The position numbers and the translations under genes are program-made. The notes under the pieces are model-generated. The model was not told the DNA's origin. It made no database searches and saw only the letters and a program-made list of their open reading frames with translations. Source: Xanthobacteraceae bacterium (GTDB lineage: Bacteria; Pseudomonadota; Alphaproteobacteria; Rhizobiales; Xanthobacteraceae). From it: a DNA stretch of 64,000 nt. The stretch spans positions 98,856 through 162,855 of the forward strand of contig DATMRW010000028.1 in assembly GCA_035565775.1 (NCBI GenBank), in the 5' to 3' direction. This document shows, in pieces, positions 18,281 to 28,085 of the stretch; within the stretch, counting starts at the first letter, position 1; each line of letters begins with the position of its first letter.

Positions 18281-21040
18281 TTGAACGGCGCAGTTGGAAG
18301 TGCAGCCCCGGATTGGGGACGCTCTGCACGTCTGATACCGACCAAGATGATACCACCGTCGATCACGGCAAAATTGCTTGATCGCGACCTGATACGTCAC
18401 GTGGATACCGTTCTTGCAAGGCCGCTGACCGTTGTCCGCGCGCCGGCAGGCTATGGCAAGACCACGATGCTCGCCCAGTGGTATCATCGTCTTCGGCAGC
18501 GCGCCGTCGCCACTGTCTGGCTGTCGCTCGACGAGTTCGATACCGATCCGGCCCTGTTGCTGGCCTACATCGCTGAGACACTTCGTCGCGAAAGAGTGCT
18601 CTCCGCCAATATCTGCCGCGACGAGCTCAACGCTGGCGCCGATCCCGACCGGGTACTGATCGCCGGCCTCATCGATGGCATCCTGCAACATCGCGCGCCG
18701 GTCGCGATGTTCTTTGATGATCTCCATCTGCTGCGCAATCCCGATGCGCGGTGCCTGGTCAATCGCCTGATCGTTCATTCGCCGCCGAACCTGCATCTCG
18801 TGCTCGCGAGCCGCGAGGCCGCCATCCAGTTCGTTGGGCGACAGCGGCTGCGCGGCAACGCGCTCGAGATTACTTCGCGAGACCTCAGCCTTTCGCGCGC
18901 CGAGATCGAAGAATATCTCGCGCAGAACGGTTTTGCCGATCTTGACGATCCGGCGCGCTCGCACCTTGAATCTTCGACCGAAGGCTGGATCGCCGGCATC
19001 AAATTCGCCGTCAGTGGCCTCGGTCCGAGCTACGACCGCAACCGCGCGATCCGTTCGCTGCACGGCAGCCGGCGCCAGATCGCCGAGTTCTTCGCCCATG
19101 ACGTGCTCAACGGTTTGCCCGCAGATATTCAGGACTTTTTGCTCAAAAGCTCGATCCTCGCCGAGTTTTCGGCGGGGCTCGCTGAATCGGTGACGGGCAG
19201 GGCCGATGCGCAGGCCATCATCGCAAAGCTGGAGGCCGCCGGCCTTTTCATCTTCACCCTCGGCGAGGACGAAACCTGGTTTCGCTACCATCAGCTTTTC
19301 GCCGGCTATCTCCTTCACGAACTGGAAATGCGCTATCCGGGCATCCGCAAGACGCTGCATCTCAAGGCGAGCCGCTGGTACGCCGACGAAGGCTTGTCAG
19401 AGGAAGCCTTCATCCATGCCCTGAAGGGCGACGACGCTGTGCAGGCCGCCGAGATATTGGACGATTGCTGCTGCGACATTCTCTATGACGGCCGCCCCGG
19501 CCCGCTGCTTGGGATGATCGAACGCCTGCCCGAACACGTGCTCGCTCAGTTTCCGCGGCTGATGCTCACCAAGGCGTGGTCGGCAGTGGTGCACTGGCAG
19601 TTCGAGGAGGCAGCGCGCCTGCTCGACATGACCGAAGCGATTTTGGACAAGAAGCAGAGCGACGGCGTTTTGCCCGAACGCGACCTTGTCGAACTGCGCG
19701 CGCTCTTCTTACATCGCAAAATGATCTATCAGCGTTTCCGCGACGACATTTTTCAGGAGCAGTCGTACTGCGACAAACTCCTATCCGGGCCGTCGATCAA
19801 TGACAGCACGATGCTCGGGACCATCTACGACACGCTGATCCACGTCGAGGCCGATCAGTTCAACTTTTCCCGCATCGATTATCTCGAGCGCACGACCCGC
19901 GACCTCCTCCAGCGCCGCGGCAACGTCTTCATGATGGTCTGGCACAAGGCGACGATCGGCCGCGCACGCCTGATGAGCGGCGAATCCGACGAAGCGATCG
20001 CAGCATACCGTGAAGGGGCGCGTTGCGCCGCCGCCATCGCACCGATGGAGAGCACGCTCGCGGCGGTGCCGTCGCTGTTGCTGGCCGAGGCGCTCTACCT
20101 GCGCAATGAGATTTTGGAAGCCAAGCAGCTCTGCGCGACCTATTTTTCGCTGGTGACGGCTTACGGCCTGCCGGAACAGCTCATATCGGCCTATACGGTG
20201 CAATCCCGCCTGCTGCGCAACGACGGAAAGCAGGAGGAGGCGCAGGCCGTGCTCGACGCCGGCATCAAGCAGGCGCTCGCCCAGCGCTTTCAGCGGCTCA
20301 AAATCTACCTGACCTATGAGAAGGTGCTTGGCCATCTTCAGCAAGGCAACCTGAACGCGGCGCGCGCGCTGTTTGCGCGGTTCGGCCTCGATGAGGACCG
20401 CTCCGAAATCGTTCCCAAGGGCAAGACGACAGTCGCGCGCGAGCGCCAGGCGCTGCTCTGGACGCGAATGGCGCTGGCCGAAGGGAAGGTGGCGGATGCC
20501 CGTTCAGTTGCCATGCACTGGCGCGACTTCGCCCACAAGGCCGGGGCAACCCTGTCCGAGATCCAGTGGGACATCCTGCTGGCGCTGATCCATCTTCGGG
20601 ACGGCAACGTGCAGGCTGCGACTCGCAACCTGCGCCGCGCGGTGCTGACGGCGGGGCCGGGCAGGTATCTGAGGCTTTTCCTCGACGAAGGCGCGCCGAT
20701 CATGAATCTGGTCGCCCAGCTTGACGGCGCGCTCGGCCCCGTGTCCGGTTCCGACGCGGTGTTTGCCCAAAATCTGCTCGCGGTCGCCGATCCGAGCCTG
20801 GCGCGCAAGAAGCTGCCGGACGTGCCGATGACAGTGCATGGCAGCCTTGGCGCCCGCGAACTGGAGATCATGCGGCTGATCGCGGACGGCCTGTCCAATC
20901 GCGAGATCGGCCAGCGGCTCGGCATGACCGAGGGCACGGTGAAGTGGCATCTGCAACAGACCTATGACAAGCTCGGCGTGCGCCGCCGCCAGCTCGCCGT
21001 CGACAAGGCCAGACGACTTGGCCTCGTCGGCCACCATTGA
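18281..21040 (+). CDS. MalT-like LuxR-family transcriptional regulator (STAND ATPase + TPR-like + LuxR HTH)
   Basis: The 919-aa product has an N-terminal P-loop VVRAPAGYGKTTML and a long helical repeat region. The C-terminal LuxR HTH reads LGARELEIMRLIADGLSNREIGQRLGMTEGTVKWHL. The start codon is TTG. Confidence 0.85.
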   Translation: MNGAVGSAAPDWGRSARLIPTKMIPPSITAKLLDRDLIRHVDTVLARPLTVVRAPAGYGKTTMLAQWYHRLRQRAVATVWLSLDEFDTDPALLLAYIAETLRRERVLSANICRDELNAGADPDRVLIAGLIDGILQHRAPVAMFFDDLHLLRNPDARCLVNRLIVHSPPNLHLVLASREAAIQFVGRQRLRGNALEITSRDLSLSRAEIEEYLAQNGFADLDDPARSHLESSTEGWIAGIKFAVSGLGPSYDRNRAIRSLHGSRRQIAEFFAHDVLNGLPADIQDFLLKSSILAEFSAGLAESVTGRADAQAIIAKLEAAGLFIFTLGEDETWFRYHQLFAGYLLHELEMRYPGIRKTLHLKASRWYADEGLSEEAFIHALKGDDAVQAAEILDDCCCDILYDGRPGPLLGMIERLPEHVLAQFPRLMLTKAWSAVVHWQFEEAARLLDMTEAILDKKQSDGVLPERDLVELRALFLHRKMIYQRFRDDIFQEQSYCDKLLSGPSINDSTMLGTIYDTLIHVEADQFNFSRIDYLERTTRDLLQRRGNVFMMVWHKATIGRARLMSGESDEAIAAYREGARCAAAIAPMESTLAAVPSLLLAEALYLRNEILEAKQLCATYFSLVTAYGLPEQLISAYTVQSRLLRNDGKQEEAQAVLDAGIKQALAQRFQRLKIYLTYEKVLGHLQQGNLNAARALFARFGLDEDRSEIVPKGKTTVARERQALLWTRMALAEGKVADARSVAMHWRDFAHKAGATLSEIQWDILLALIHLRDGNVQAATRNLRRAVLTAGPGRYLRLFLDEGAPIMNLVAQLDGALGPVSGSDAVFAQNLLAVADPSLARKKLPDVPMTVHGSLGARELEIMRLIADGLSNREIGQRLGMTEGTVKWHLQQTYDKLGVRRRQLAVDKARRLGLVGHH

Positions 21041-21255
21041 TCGGGGCTGCCGCAAGCGCAAAGCACCTCCTGCATCCCCGCCTTTCCAGTCGGCGTGAAG
21101 TGGTGGGCGCCTACATGCATAAATTGCCTTTACCCCATCGCGCTATCCCGTCTTGATCTGGATCAACGCGCATCGGCACATCAGTTTATAACCCAATATG
21201 CCTCTCGATGGTTGGCGAACGTAGCTCTGGGCATCGCTTCCCGGCAAGGTATGGC

Positions 21256-22413
21256 ATGGCTGATCATGGCGTTGAACACCTCCACGGTCCAGCAGAACGC
21301 GACCTCCGGCTTGACCTGATACGAGGCGTCGGACAGTGGATGGTCTTTCTTGATCACATCCCTTACTCCATCGTCGGCTGGTTCACCCTTCGCAACTATG
21401 GTTTCAGCGACGCCGCGGAGTTCTTCGTATTCGTATCAGGATACACCGCCGGCTACGTCTACGGCCCCGCGATTGCTCACGGACAGTTTCTCGGAGCGAT
21501 CAAACGAATTTTGAAGCGAGCCTGGCAACTTTACGTCGCGCATATTTTTCTTTTCCTGTTTTTCATCGCCCAGATTTCTCGCACAGTGCGCCGCTTCGAC
21601 AACCCCATGTATGGGGATGAATACAACGTCCTGCATTTTCTTGAGCACCCCGACGTAATGGTCGGGCAGGTCTTGGCCTTAAAGTTCAAGCCCGTCGACC
21701 TCGACGTTCTGCCCCTCTATATCGTGCTGGTCCTTGCGCTGCCGGTGATCCTGTGGGGGCTCGTGCACCGTCCCCGCTGGACCTTGCTCGCCTCGGCAGC
21801 CGTTTACATCCTGGCGCGGGTCTTCGACTGGAACCTGCCTTCGTTCCCGACAGGAAGCTGGTACTTCAATCCATTCACGTGGCAGCTCCTGTTCGTGTTC
21901 GGCACCTGGTGCGGCCTCGGCAAAATCTCTGAAATCGGAAGTCTTCTCCGGTCTCGCGCCGTCCTGATTTTCGCAATCGCGTGGATCGCGTTCTCGTTCC
22001 TGATCGTGATGAGCTGGCACATTTCGGCTCTCGGCGAGTTGGTCCCGGAATGGCTGGGCAAGGCCATGTATCCAATTGACAAAACCAATCTCGACTTGCT
22101 TCGTGTGACCCATTTCCTCGCGCTGGCGATCGTTTTCGTGCACTTTATCCCACGCGACTGGCCGATGCTTCATTCCACTACGCTGCGCCCGGTCATTCTG
22201 ATCGGACAGAACTCGCTGCCGATCTTCTGCCTGGGTGTGTTCCTGTCATTCGCCGCGCACTGGATCCTCGTGCAGATCGCAGGCGGTGTGTTCGCCCAGA
22301 TTCTGGTCAGCGCTGCCGGCATGACGGCGATGGTCGCCGTGGCATGGCTCTTGTCAAAGTTCAAAGCGCTTCCCGATCGTTTCGCATCGCCCGGCGTGCA
22401 TAAAGCCAAGTGA
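21256..22413 (+). CDS. OpgC-like membrane acyltransferase family protein
   Basis: The product is polytopic. Its N-terminal block RDLRLDLIRGVGQWMVFLDHIP...LRNYGFSDAAEFFVFVSGY is typical of OpgC. The start is probably ATG 21256. Confidence 0.72.
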   Translation: MADHGVEHLHGPAERDLRLDLIRGVGQWMVFLDHIPYSIVGWFTLRNYGFSDAAEFFVFVSGYTAGYVYGPAIAHGQFLGAIKRILKRAWQLYVAHIFLFLFFIAQISRTVRRFDNPMYGDEYNVLHFLEHPDVMVGQVLALKFKPVDLDVLPLYIVLVLALPVILWGLVHRPRWTLLASAAVYILARVFDWNLPSFPTGSWYFNPFTWQLLFVFGTWCGLGKISEIGSLLRSRAVLIFAIAWIAFSFLIVMSWHISALGELVPEWLGKAMYPIDKTNLDLLRVTHFLALAIVFVHFIPRDWPMLHSTTLRPVILIGQNSLPIFCLGVFLSFAAHWILVQIAGGVFAQILVSAAGMTAMVAVAWLLSKFKALPDRFASPGVHKAK

Positions 22414-22624
22414 ACGCCGATTATTTCGACCTCAGCGAGGACAACTTGATGGTTCTTCCGCCGCCAATACTCACGATGATTTCAATGGTGCCCTAACCGC
22501 CCGTGTAGTTAAAATCCGTGCGCCGAATGCGCGTGGGTTAGTCCTCTGCGGCTACGCGCAAAAGTCCAAAAATTCTCCGTGGCGTGCCGGTCCACCGCGG
22601 CAACAACGCAAGAGGGAGGAACAT

Positions 22625-23845
22625 ATGGACAGCCTCAGTCGCAGGAACTTTCTGGGTACTGCTGCGGGCGCGGCAGGGATCCTCATAATCCCACCGTCGG
22701 CGCGCGCGCAGTCGGCCGATCCAATGCTGACGCCTGGCGTGCCAGGCGGAGTTGCGACTTACGCGAACATGGCGACCTTGCCAGGCAAGAAGCCGCTGAT
22801 CCAGCTCTCAGACCGGCCGCCGAACTACGAATCTCCGCTCGAGTACTTTCGGACCACGATAACGCCCAACGAAGAATTTTTCGTGCGCTATCACCTTGCC
22901 GACATCCCGGATGTGAACGTCGCGGACTACAGGCTCAAGATCGACGGGGAGGGGGCCACCAATTCCGTTGAGCTGACGCTCGACGATCTGAAGAAGATGC
23001 CGCATGTCGACATCGTGGCGGTCAACCAGTGCTCGGGCAGTCGTCGGGGCCTGTCCACTCCGCATGTGCCCGGCGTGCAATGGGGTTTTGGTGCGATGGG
23101 GTGCGCCCGCTGGACGGGGCCGAAGCTGAAGGACATTTTGGAGAAAGTCGGCATCAAGAAGGAGTGCATCGAAATCGGCTTGAACGGCGCTGATGGGCCG
23201 GTGTTCGACAAGACGCCGGACTTCATCAAGAGCATCCCGCTCTGGCGCGCCATCCATGAGTCGACCATCATCGCCGTCGAAATGAACGGACAGCCACTTC
23301 CGCATTTCAACGGCTTCCCGGCGCGCCTGATCGTGCCGGGCTGGACCGGGACCTATTGGATGAAGCACCTCATCCATATCGAGGCGCTGACGAAGCCGCA
23401 GGGCGGCTTCTGGATGAAACCCGCCTATCGCATCCCGGTCGGCGAGTTCCCAGTTCGCGATCGCTTCATCACGCAAGAGGACGCGACCTCGACGCCGATT
23501 ACCGAGATCGTGGTCAACTCGTTGATCACCAGCCATCGCGACGGCGCAAAAGTGCAGGCCGGCAAGGTGACGATCTCTGGCCTTGCATGGGACGGCGGCT
23601 ATGGCATCCGCACGGTGCAGATATCGACCGATGGCGGCAGTACATGGTCAGCGGCGAAGCTCGGCAAGGATTTTGGCGACTATGCCTTCAGGCCGTGGAG
23701 CTTTGATCTGCATGCCAAGCGCGGCAAGAACTCCGTGATGGTCAGCGCCACCAACATGATCGGGCAGACGCAAACCTCAAAGCTGCTGTTCAACGGGGCC
23801 GGATACAACAACAACGTGATGCAAAGCATCACGTTGAACGCCTGA
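22625..23845 (+). CDS. sorA: Sulfite dehydrogenase / sulfite-oxidase-family molybdoenzyme SorA
   Basis: It has the Tat signal SRRNFLGTAAGAAGILIIPPSARA and the Moco-Cys block VNQCSGSRRG. A small cytochrome c gene follows it. Confidence 0.82.
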   Translation: MDSLSRRNFLGTAAGAAGILIIPPSARAQSADPMLTPGVPGGVATYANMATLPGKKPLIQLSDRPPNYESPLEYFRTTITPNEEFFVRYHLADIPDVNVADYRLKIDGEGATNSVELTLDDLKKMPHVDIVAVNQCSGSRRGLSTPHVPGVQWGFGAMGCARWTGPKLKDILEKVGIKKECIEIGLNGADGPVFDKTPDFIKSIPLWRAIHESTIIAVEMNGQPLPHFNGFPARLIVPGWTGTYWMKHLIHIEALTKPQGGFWMKPAYRIPVGEFPVRDRFITQEDATSTPITEIVVNSLITSHRDGAKVQAGKVTISGLAWDGGYGIRTVQISTDGGSTWSAAKLGKDFGDYAFRPWSFDLHAKRGKNSVMVSATNMIGQTQTSKLLFNGAGYNNNVMQSITLNA

Positions 23846-23860
23846 CGAGGAGGGGGAGAG

Positions 23861-24142
23861 ATGCAAAAATTTGCGATTGCATTCGTTGTCGCGCTCCTCG
23901 CCGGAACTGCCTCCGCAGAAGAGCAGGTCATAAAGCTCAAACAGGCGCCAGGCGTCGACAAGGTGGAGGGCAATTGCGGCGCCTGCCACAGCCTCGCATA
24001 TATCCCGATGAACTCGGTTTATCTCGATGCCGCCGGCTGGGATGCCGAAGTCAGCAAGATGATCAAGGCCTTTGGTGCGCCGATCGACGACAGCGATGCC
24101 AAGGCGATCACCGACTATCTGAAGAAAAACTATGGCACCTGA
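23861..24142 (+). CDS. sorB: Monohaem cytochrome c (SorB-like)
   Basis: The 93-aa product has a signal peptide and one CGACH haem-binding motif. It starts 15 nt after sorA. Confidence 0.75.
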   Translation: MQKFAIAFVVALLAGTASAEEQVIKLKQAPGVDKVEGNCGACHSLAYIPMNSVYLDAAGWDAEVSKMIKAFGAPIDDSDAKAITDYLKKNYGT

Positions 24143-24476
24143 TCGGGATCACGCATGGTGGAGCAGATCGCGAACCGCCCGACAGGGCGGCAGATCGACC
24201 TGAAACGGTTTTTAGTAAGATCCGTCCCTGGTGCCGTTCAGATACGAAGCGGATCCTAAGAGCATCCGATGGGAGAGGGCGCTGCACCAGACGCCCCTGA
24301 GTTGAGCGTGTCGCCCGCAGCGCGCGCCTCCTCCTCTCAGCTTGTCCGGCGCCGACCTCTCCTTGGAAACGCACCATCGGCGCCAGCCTCTATCGCCGCG
24401 CCGAACCGGCTAAGGATGAGGCAGGAAGCTCCCGAACCTCCTTGCGAAAGCGTAAGGTGCCGGACAGGACGCCGTA

Positions 24477-25199
24477 ATGCGCTCTGCCTATATTTCGTGG
24501 GCACTGGCATCCATTCCGGAGCGAGAGATGGCCTACCAAATATCGATCTGGCTGCTGCCAGTGCTGATTGCGGTCACTTTTCACGAGGCCGCGCACGGGT
24601 TCGTGGCCCATCTTCTCGGCGACGATACGGCGTGGCGCCTAGGCAGAGTCAGCTTCAACCCGTTGCGGCATATCGATCCGGTCGGAACGGTGCTGCTGCC
24701 GGCGATGCTTCTACTGCTGCGCTCGCCGTTTCTGTTCGGCTACGCAAAGCCGGTGCCGGTCAACTTTCGGGCGCTCCGCAACCCCAGGTTCGGGTCCGTT
24801 GCGGTTGCGGCTGCCGGTCCTGCCATGAACTTTCTGCTGGCGACGCTGGCCGCATTGGCGCTCAATTTTGTCCCATATGTCCCGGCAGTGGCCGCCCAGT
24901 GGGTCTTGCTCAACCTGGAAAATGCCATTCTCATCAATATCCTGCTGGCAGTCTTTAATCTTTTCCCGCTGCCGCCGCTGGATGGCGGCCGGATCGCGGT
25001 CGGTTTGTTGCCAAAAGCGCTTGCGATGCCGCTGTCCCGGCTCGAGCCGTACGGCATTCCCATTCTGCTGGGGATGCTCATTCTTCTGCCGCTGCTTGGC
25101 GCTCAACTTGGTCTGGATTTCAGCTTCGTTGCGCAGGCCCTGCGCGCGTCCAGCCAATTCCTGATCGAGAACCTGCTTCGATTGACCGGCAACGCTTGA
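24477..25199 (+). CDS. Site-2 protease family zinc metalloprotease (membrane)
   Basis: The motif HEAAHGF lies within the first TM region and the protein is polytopic. An alternative start is ATG 24528. Confidence 0.8.
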   Translation: MRSAYISWALASIPEREMAYQISIWLLPVLIAVTFHEAAHGFVAHLLGDDTAWRLGRVSFNPLRHIDPVGTVLLPAMLLLLRSPFLFGYAKPVPVNFRALRNPRFGSVAVAAAGPAMNFLLATLAALALNFVPYVPAVAAQWVLLNLENAILINILLAVFNLFPLPPLDGGRIAVGLLPKALAMPLSRLEPYGIPILLGMLILLPLLGAQLGLDFSFVAQALRASSQFLIENLLRLTGNA

Positions 25200-25334
25200 G
25201 CGGCGGCCGCAGAGGCCATTGGAGCAGGCGGTGAGGGGCCACTGAAGCAGTTCTACGAGGTGATTATTTTCGAAGGGTTGCCTTCAACGGAGCCGCTCGG
25301 ATGTATCCAAGGACGCCGCGAAACGAACGGTGAG

Positions 25335-25361
25335 GTCCGCCGCACGGGGGCGGCGGACTTT
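25335..25361 (+). terminator. Hairpin terminator candidate at the backbone/island boundary
   Basis: GTCCGCCGC-ACGGGG-GCGGCGGAC is followed by TTT, about 135 nt after the protease stop. Confidence 0.4.
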
Positions 25362-26153
25362 GGCTAGCCCGTGGGGAGGGCGGTGGTGCCGTTGTGGATA
25401 CGAAATCAGGCGGGATGACCAATCGGGTAGGCTTCCATAGAAAACCGCGCCGAGGATTTACCTATCGTTCCGGAACGACGCCACTGATGGTCGGGCGCAG
25501 AAACCGGCACAATCCAGAAGACTCAAATAGGACACGAATGACTCAGATCGAAGCCTAAACTGTCATGCTCATCCGAATCCTGCATTTACCGCTTTCGTAA
25601 GCCATTGAAATATTCGAGCAAAAAAGATGCGCCTTAAACCGATTTTGGCACAAAGATCTGCTGATTCCTGCACTTCACCTCGATCGATCATTGAATTTCT
25701 GCATCAGCAGGCGCCAGCTAAACAGAATGCATAATTGACTAGAATGTTTTCGAAAGGTTGTGGCGCTCGGTGCAATTTTCAGCCCCGATACGCGGGCATC
25801 CTTGACCGGTATGGCGAGGCTTACCTCCCGCGCCATCGCCTCAGCAGCGGCCAGTTCACCGTCATTGGTGCGATCCAGGCATGTCTCACGGATGCGCTCA
25901 GCGATCTCCGTCAACCAAGCCGCCGGGGAAATCCCTATAGCATGGCCTGGCCTGGCCCGGACCGCGGCTTTCTAGCAGGTGGCCGTTGAAATCCTCGAGT
26001 GAAGGCGTTCTGCATGGGCTTGCCGGGCGCCGTGTATTGCTAGTCGACCTTCGCAGCCCCCGCTCAGACGAGGATATGGCATTCGAGGTGATATGTCGGC
26101 CGCTCATTCTCGCATATGTTGTGGCGATCGGATTTTCAAAATCGAGTCGCCTC

Positions 26154-27767
26154 ATGCAGAACAGAGATCCACTGGCCTTCTTAAGTTATGTCCGAGATGA
26201 CGACGCGCATGACCTTGGCCGCATTTCAGATCTGAGAACGCGCCTTGAAGGCGAAGTCCGAATACAGACCGGCCGTCCCTTTCCGATCTTCCAGGACCGC
26301 AATGACATCGTTTGGGGTGAGCGTTGGAGGGAGCGAATCAAGGAGGCAATCGACAGCATCTCATTCCTGATCCCAATCATTACGCCTAGCTACTTCCGTA
26401 GCCATATGTGCCGGGAAGAGTTTGAGGCGTTTCTCCTTCGAGAGCGCTCGCTTGGCCTTCCTCGTTTGATCCTGCCGGTTTACTACGTCTCAGCCGACGA
26501 AATTGACGACGCGGCGAAGCATCCGGACGATATGGCAGCGGTCCTGCGGGAGCGGAACTGGTCGGACTGGCGTGGACTGAGATTTCCCCCGCTCGACCGT
26601 CCGATCATCCGCGAACAGATCGCGACACTCGCGAAGACGATTAAGGAGACGATGATCGAGCTGCGCGCCGAGTTGGACGCTGCAACTCAAAGCAAGCGCC
26701 AGCCGATTCAAGCTGTGCCGTCACCACCACCCCCGGCTGAGGTTGCCGCTCCGCAGCCTGTCATTGTTGCGAATCCGCTTGCGATCCCCGTGGCGCGGGT
26801 CGAGAAAGCTTCGGCAAGCGCTGTCAAACGTGCGCAGAAACAGCCTTATTACGTGTACACGACGAAATTTGACGAGGTAATCAGCCCACGCCAATTGATG
26901 TCATCTGACGAAAATCTTCGGCTACATCAAACTCTCCTCAAAACCATTCGTACACAATCCCTGCAATTTAAAGATGTGATTGAGAATGGGACTGCCCAGA
27001 TTGCCGAAGTCGCAAACGAGCAAGACATTTCGATTTCTATCCTGATTGACAATTCAGGAAGCATGCGCGGAAAGAAGATTGGAGACACTGCCGCATGGAC
27101 ATCGATCGCGTCCTCGATCATGTCGAGCGCTGGTGTCAGCAACGAGATCTTGGGGTTCACCACCAAGGCTTGGAAGGGTGGTCAGTCGAGGGAAATATGG
27201 CTCTCTGACAAGAAGCCCACACTTCCTGGTCGTCTGAACGACCTCCGCCATATTGTCTACAAGAGCTTCGACGAGACCTTTCAGGAAGCAGACATCAATT
27301 TCTCGGTCATGATCAGGGAGGGTATCCTGAAAGAAAACATCGATGGCGAAGCCCTCTTATGGGCCTATTCCCGTTTGCAGCGCCGTCATGCCGAACGCAA
27401 AATTCTTGTTGTTTTGAGCGACGGCTCTCCCGTCGACGATTCAACCCTATCGGTGAACCCTGGTGCCTTCCTGGCCGACCACCTCAAATCAAGCGCTGTT
27501 TGGATAAGGTCCCTGGGTGAAGTTGAGCTTTATGGTGTGGGAATCGGAGACAACGTCGACATCTATTACGGACAGAGCAGCCCTACACTCGATGACGAAC
27601 AGATAGGTCCAGACCTCCTGAGCCTCCTGTCTCTCATTCTGCGGCGTGATACTCTGGCAGTTCGGGCGTTCCAGAGGTCAGTTGTACGGCCCATCAAGCC
27701 GCCAAAATCGCATCCATCTCGTCCTGCGAAACGACGTCGCCGCACGGAGGCATCACCCGATGCTTAG
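26154..27767 (+). CDS. TIR domain - CobT-type vWA (MIDAS) domain fusion protein
   Basis: The N-terminal TIR pattern is AFLSYVRDDD...FPIFQDRNDIVWGERW...FLIPIITPSYFRSHMCREEFEAF. A Pro-rich linker follows. The C-terminal half is colinear with CobT (YYVYTTKFDEV, LIDNSGSMRG, ILGFTTKAWKGGQSRE, LNDLRHIVYKS, KENIDGEALLWA, LSDGSPVDDSTLSVNPG). The start is ambiguous (25986 GTG, 26076 ATG or 26154 ATG). Confidence 0.85.
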   Translation: MQNRDPLAFLSYVRDDDAHDLGRISDLRTRLEGEVRIQTGRPFPIFQDRNDIVWGERWRERIKEAIDSISFLIPIITPSYFRSHMCREEFEAFLLRERSLGLPRLILPVYYVSADEIDDAAKHPDDMAAVLRERNWSDWRGLRFPPLDRPIIREQIATLAKTIKETMIELRAELDAATQSKRQPIQAVPSPPPPAEVAAPQPVIVANPLAIPVARVEKASASAVKRAQKQPYYVYTTKFDEVISPRQLMSSDENLRLHQTLLKTIRTQSLQFKDVIENGTAQIAEVANEQDISISILIDNSGSMRGKKIGDTAAWTSIASSIMSSAGVSNEILGFTTKAWKGGQSREIWLSDKKPTLPGRLNDLRHIVYKSFDETFQEADINFSVMIREGILKENIDGEALLWAYSRLQRRHAERKILVVLSDGSPVDDSTLSVNPGAFLADHLKSSAVWIRSLGEVELYGVGIGDNVDIYYGQSSPTLDDEQIGPDLLSLLSLILRRDTLAVRAFQRSVVRPIKPPKSHPSRPAKRRRRTEASPDA

Positions 27768-28085
27768 GCGGAGTTGGAGCTACTCGCAAGATCGGCACGG
27801 ACAGGTCCTGACGCTTTTCGCGGCATCTGCTTTGTCGCGATCCGCGGAAGAAGTAGTCATCTGCCTCGAGTTTTACCTTAGGATGTTCCGTCGCCTCGGC
27901 CTCAACGTCCGCTATCGGCTGCCCGATCGTTGAGAGCCGGCATTTCGCTTCCGGCCCCTAACATGCCTAAGCAGGCCGAGCTATTGATAAGATGACCACC
28001 GCATACGCGTCGATGCCTTGCGATTGCCAACCGAGTTATGCCGGTGACCGAGATGTTGGAAGTGGGAACTATTGACACGCCAAAT

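Noticed and set aside
18212-19360. A 382-aa ORF antisense to the MalT-like regulator.
   Set aside because: The same reasoning applies: the plus strand carries the P-loop and LuxR HTH of a coherent 919-aa protein.
25675-25914. A 79-aa minus-strand ORF upstream of the TIR-vWA gene.
   Set aside because: It has a TTG start and no Shine-Dalgarno. The frame extends upstream without a start, and the C-terminal half looks non-protein-like. It is possibly a gene fragment.
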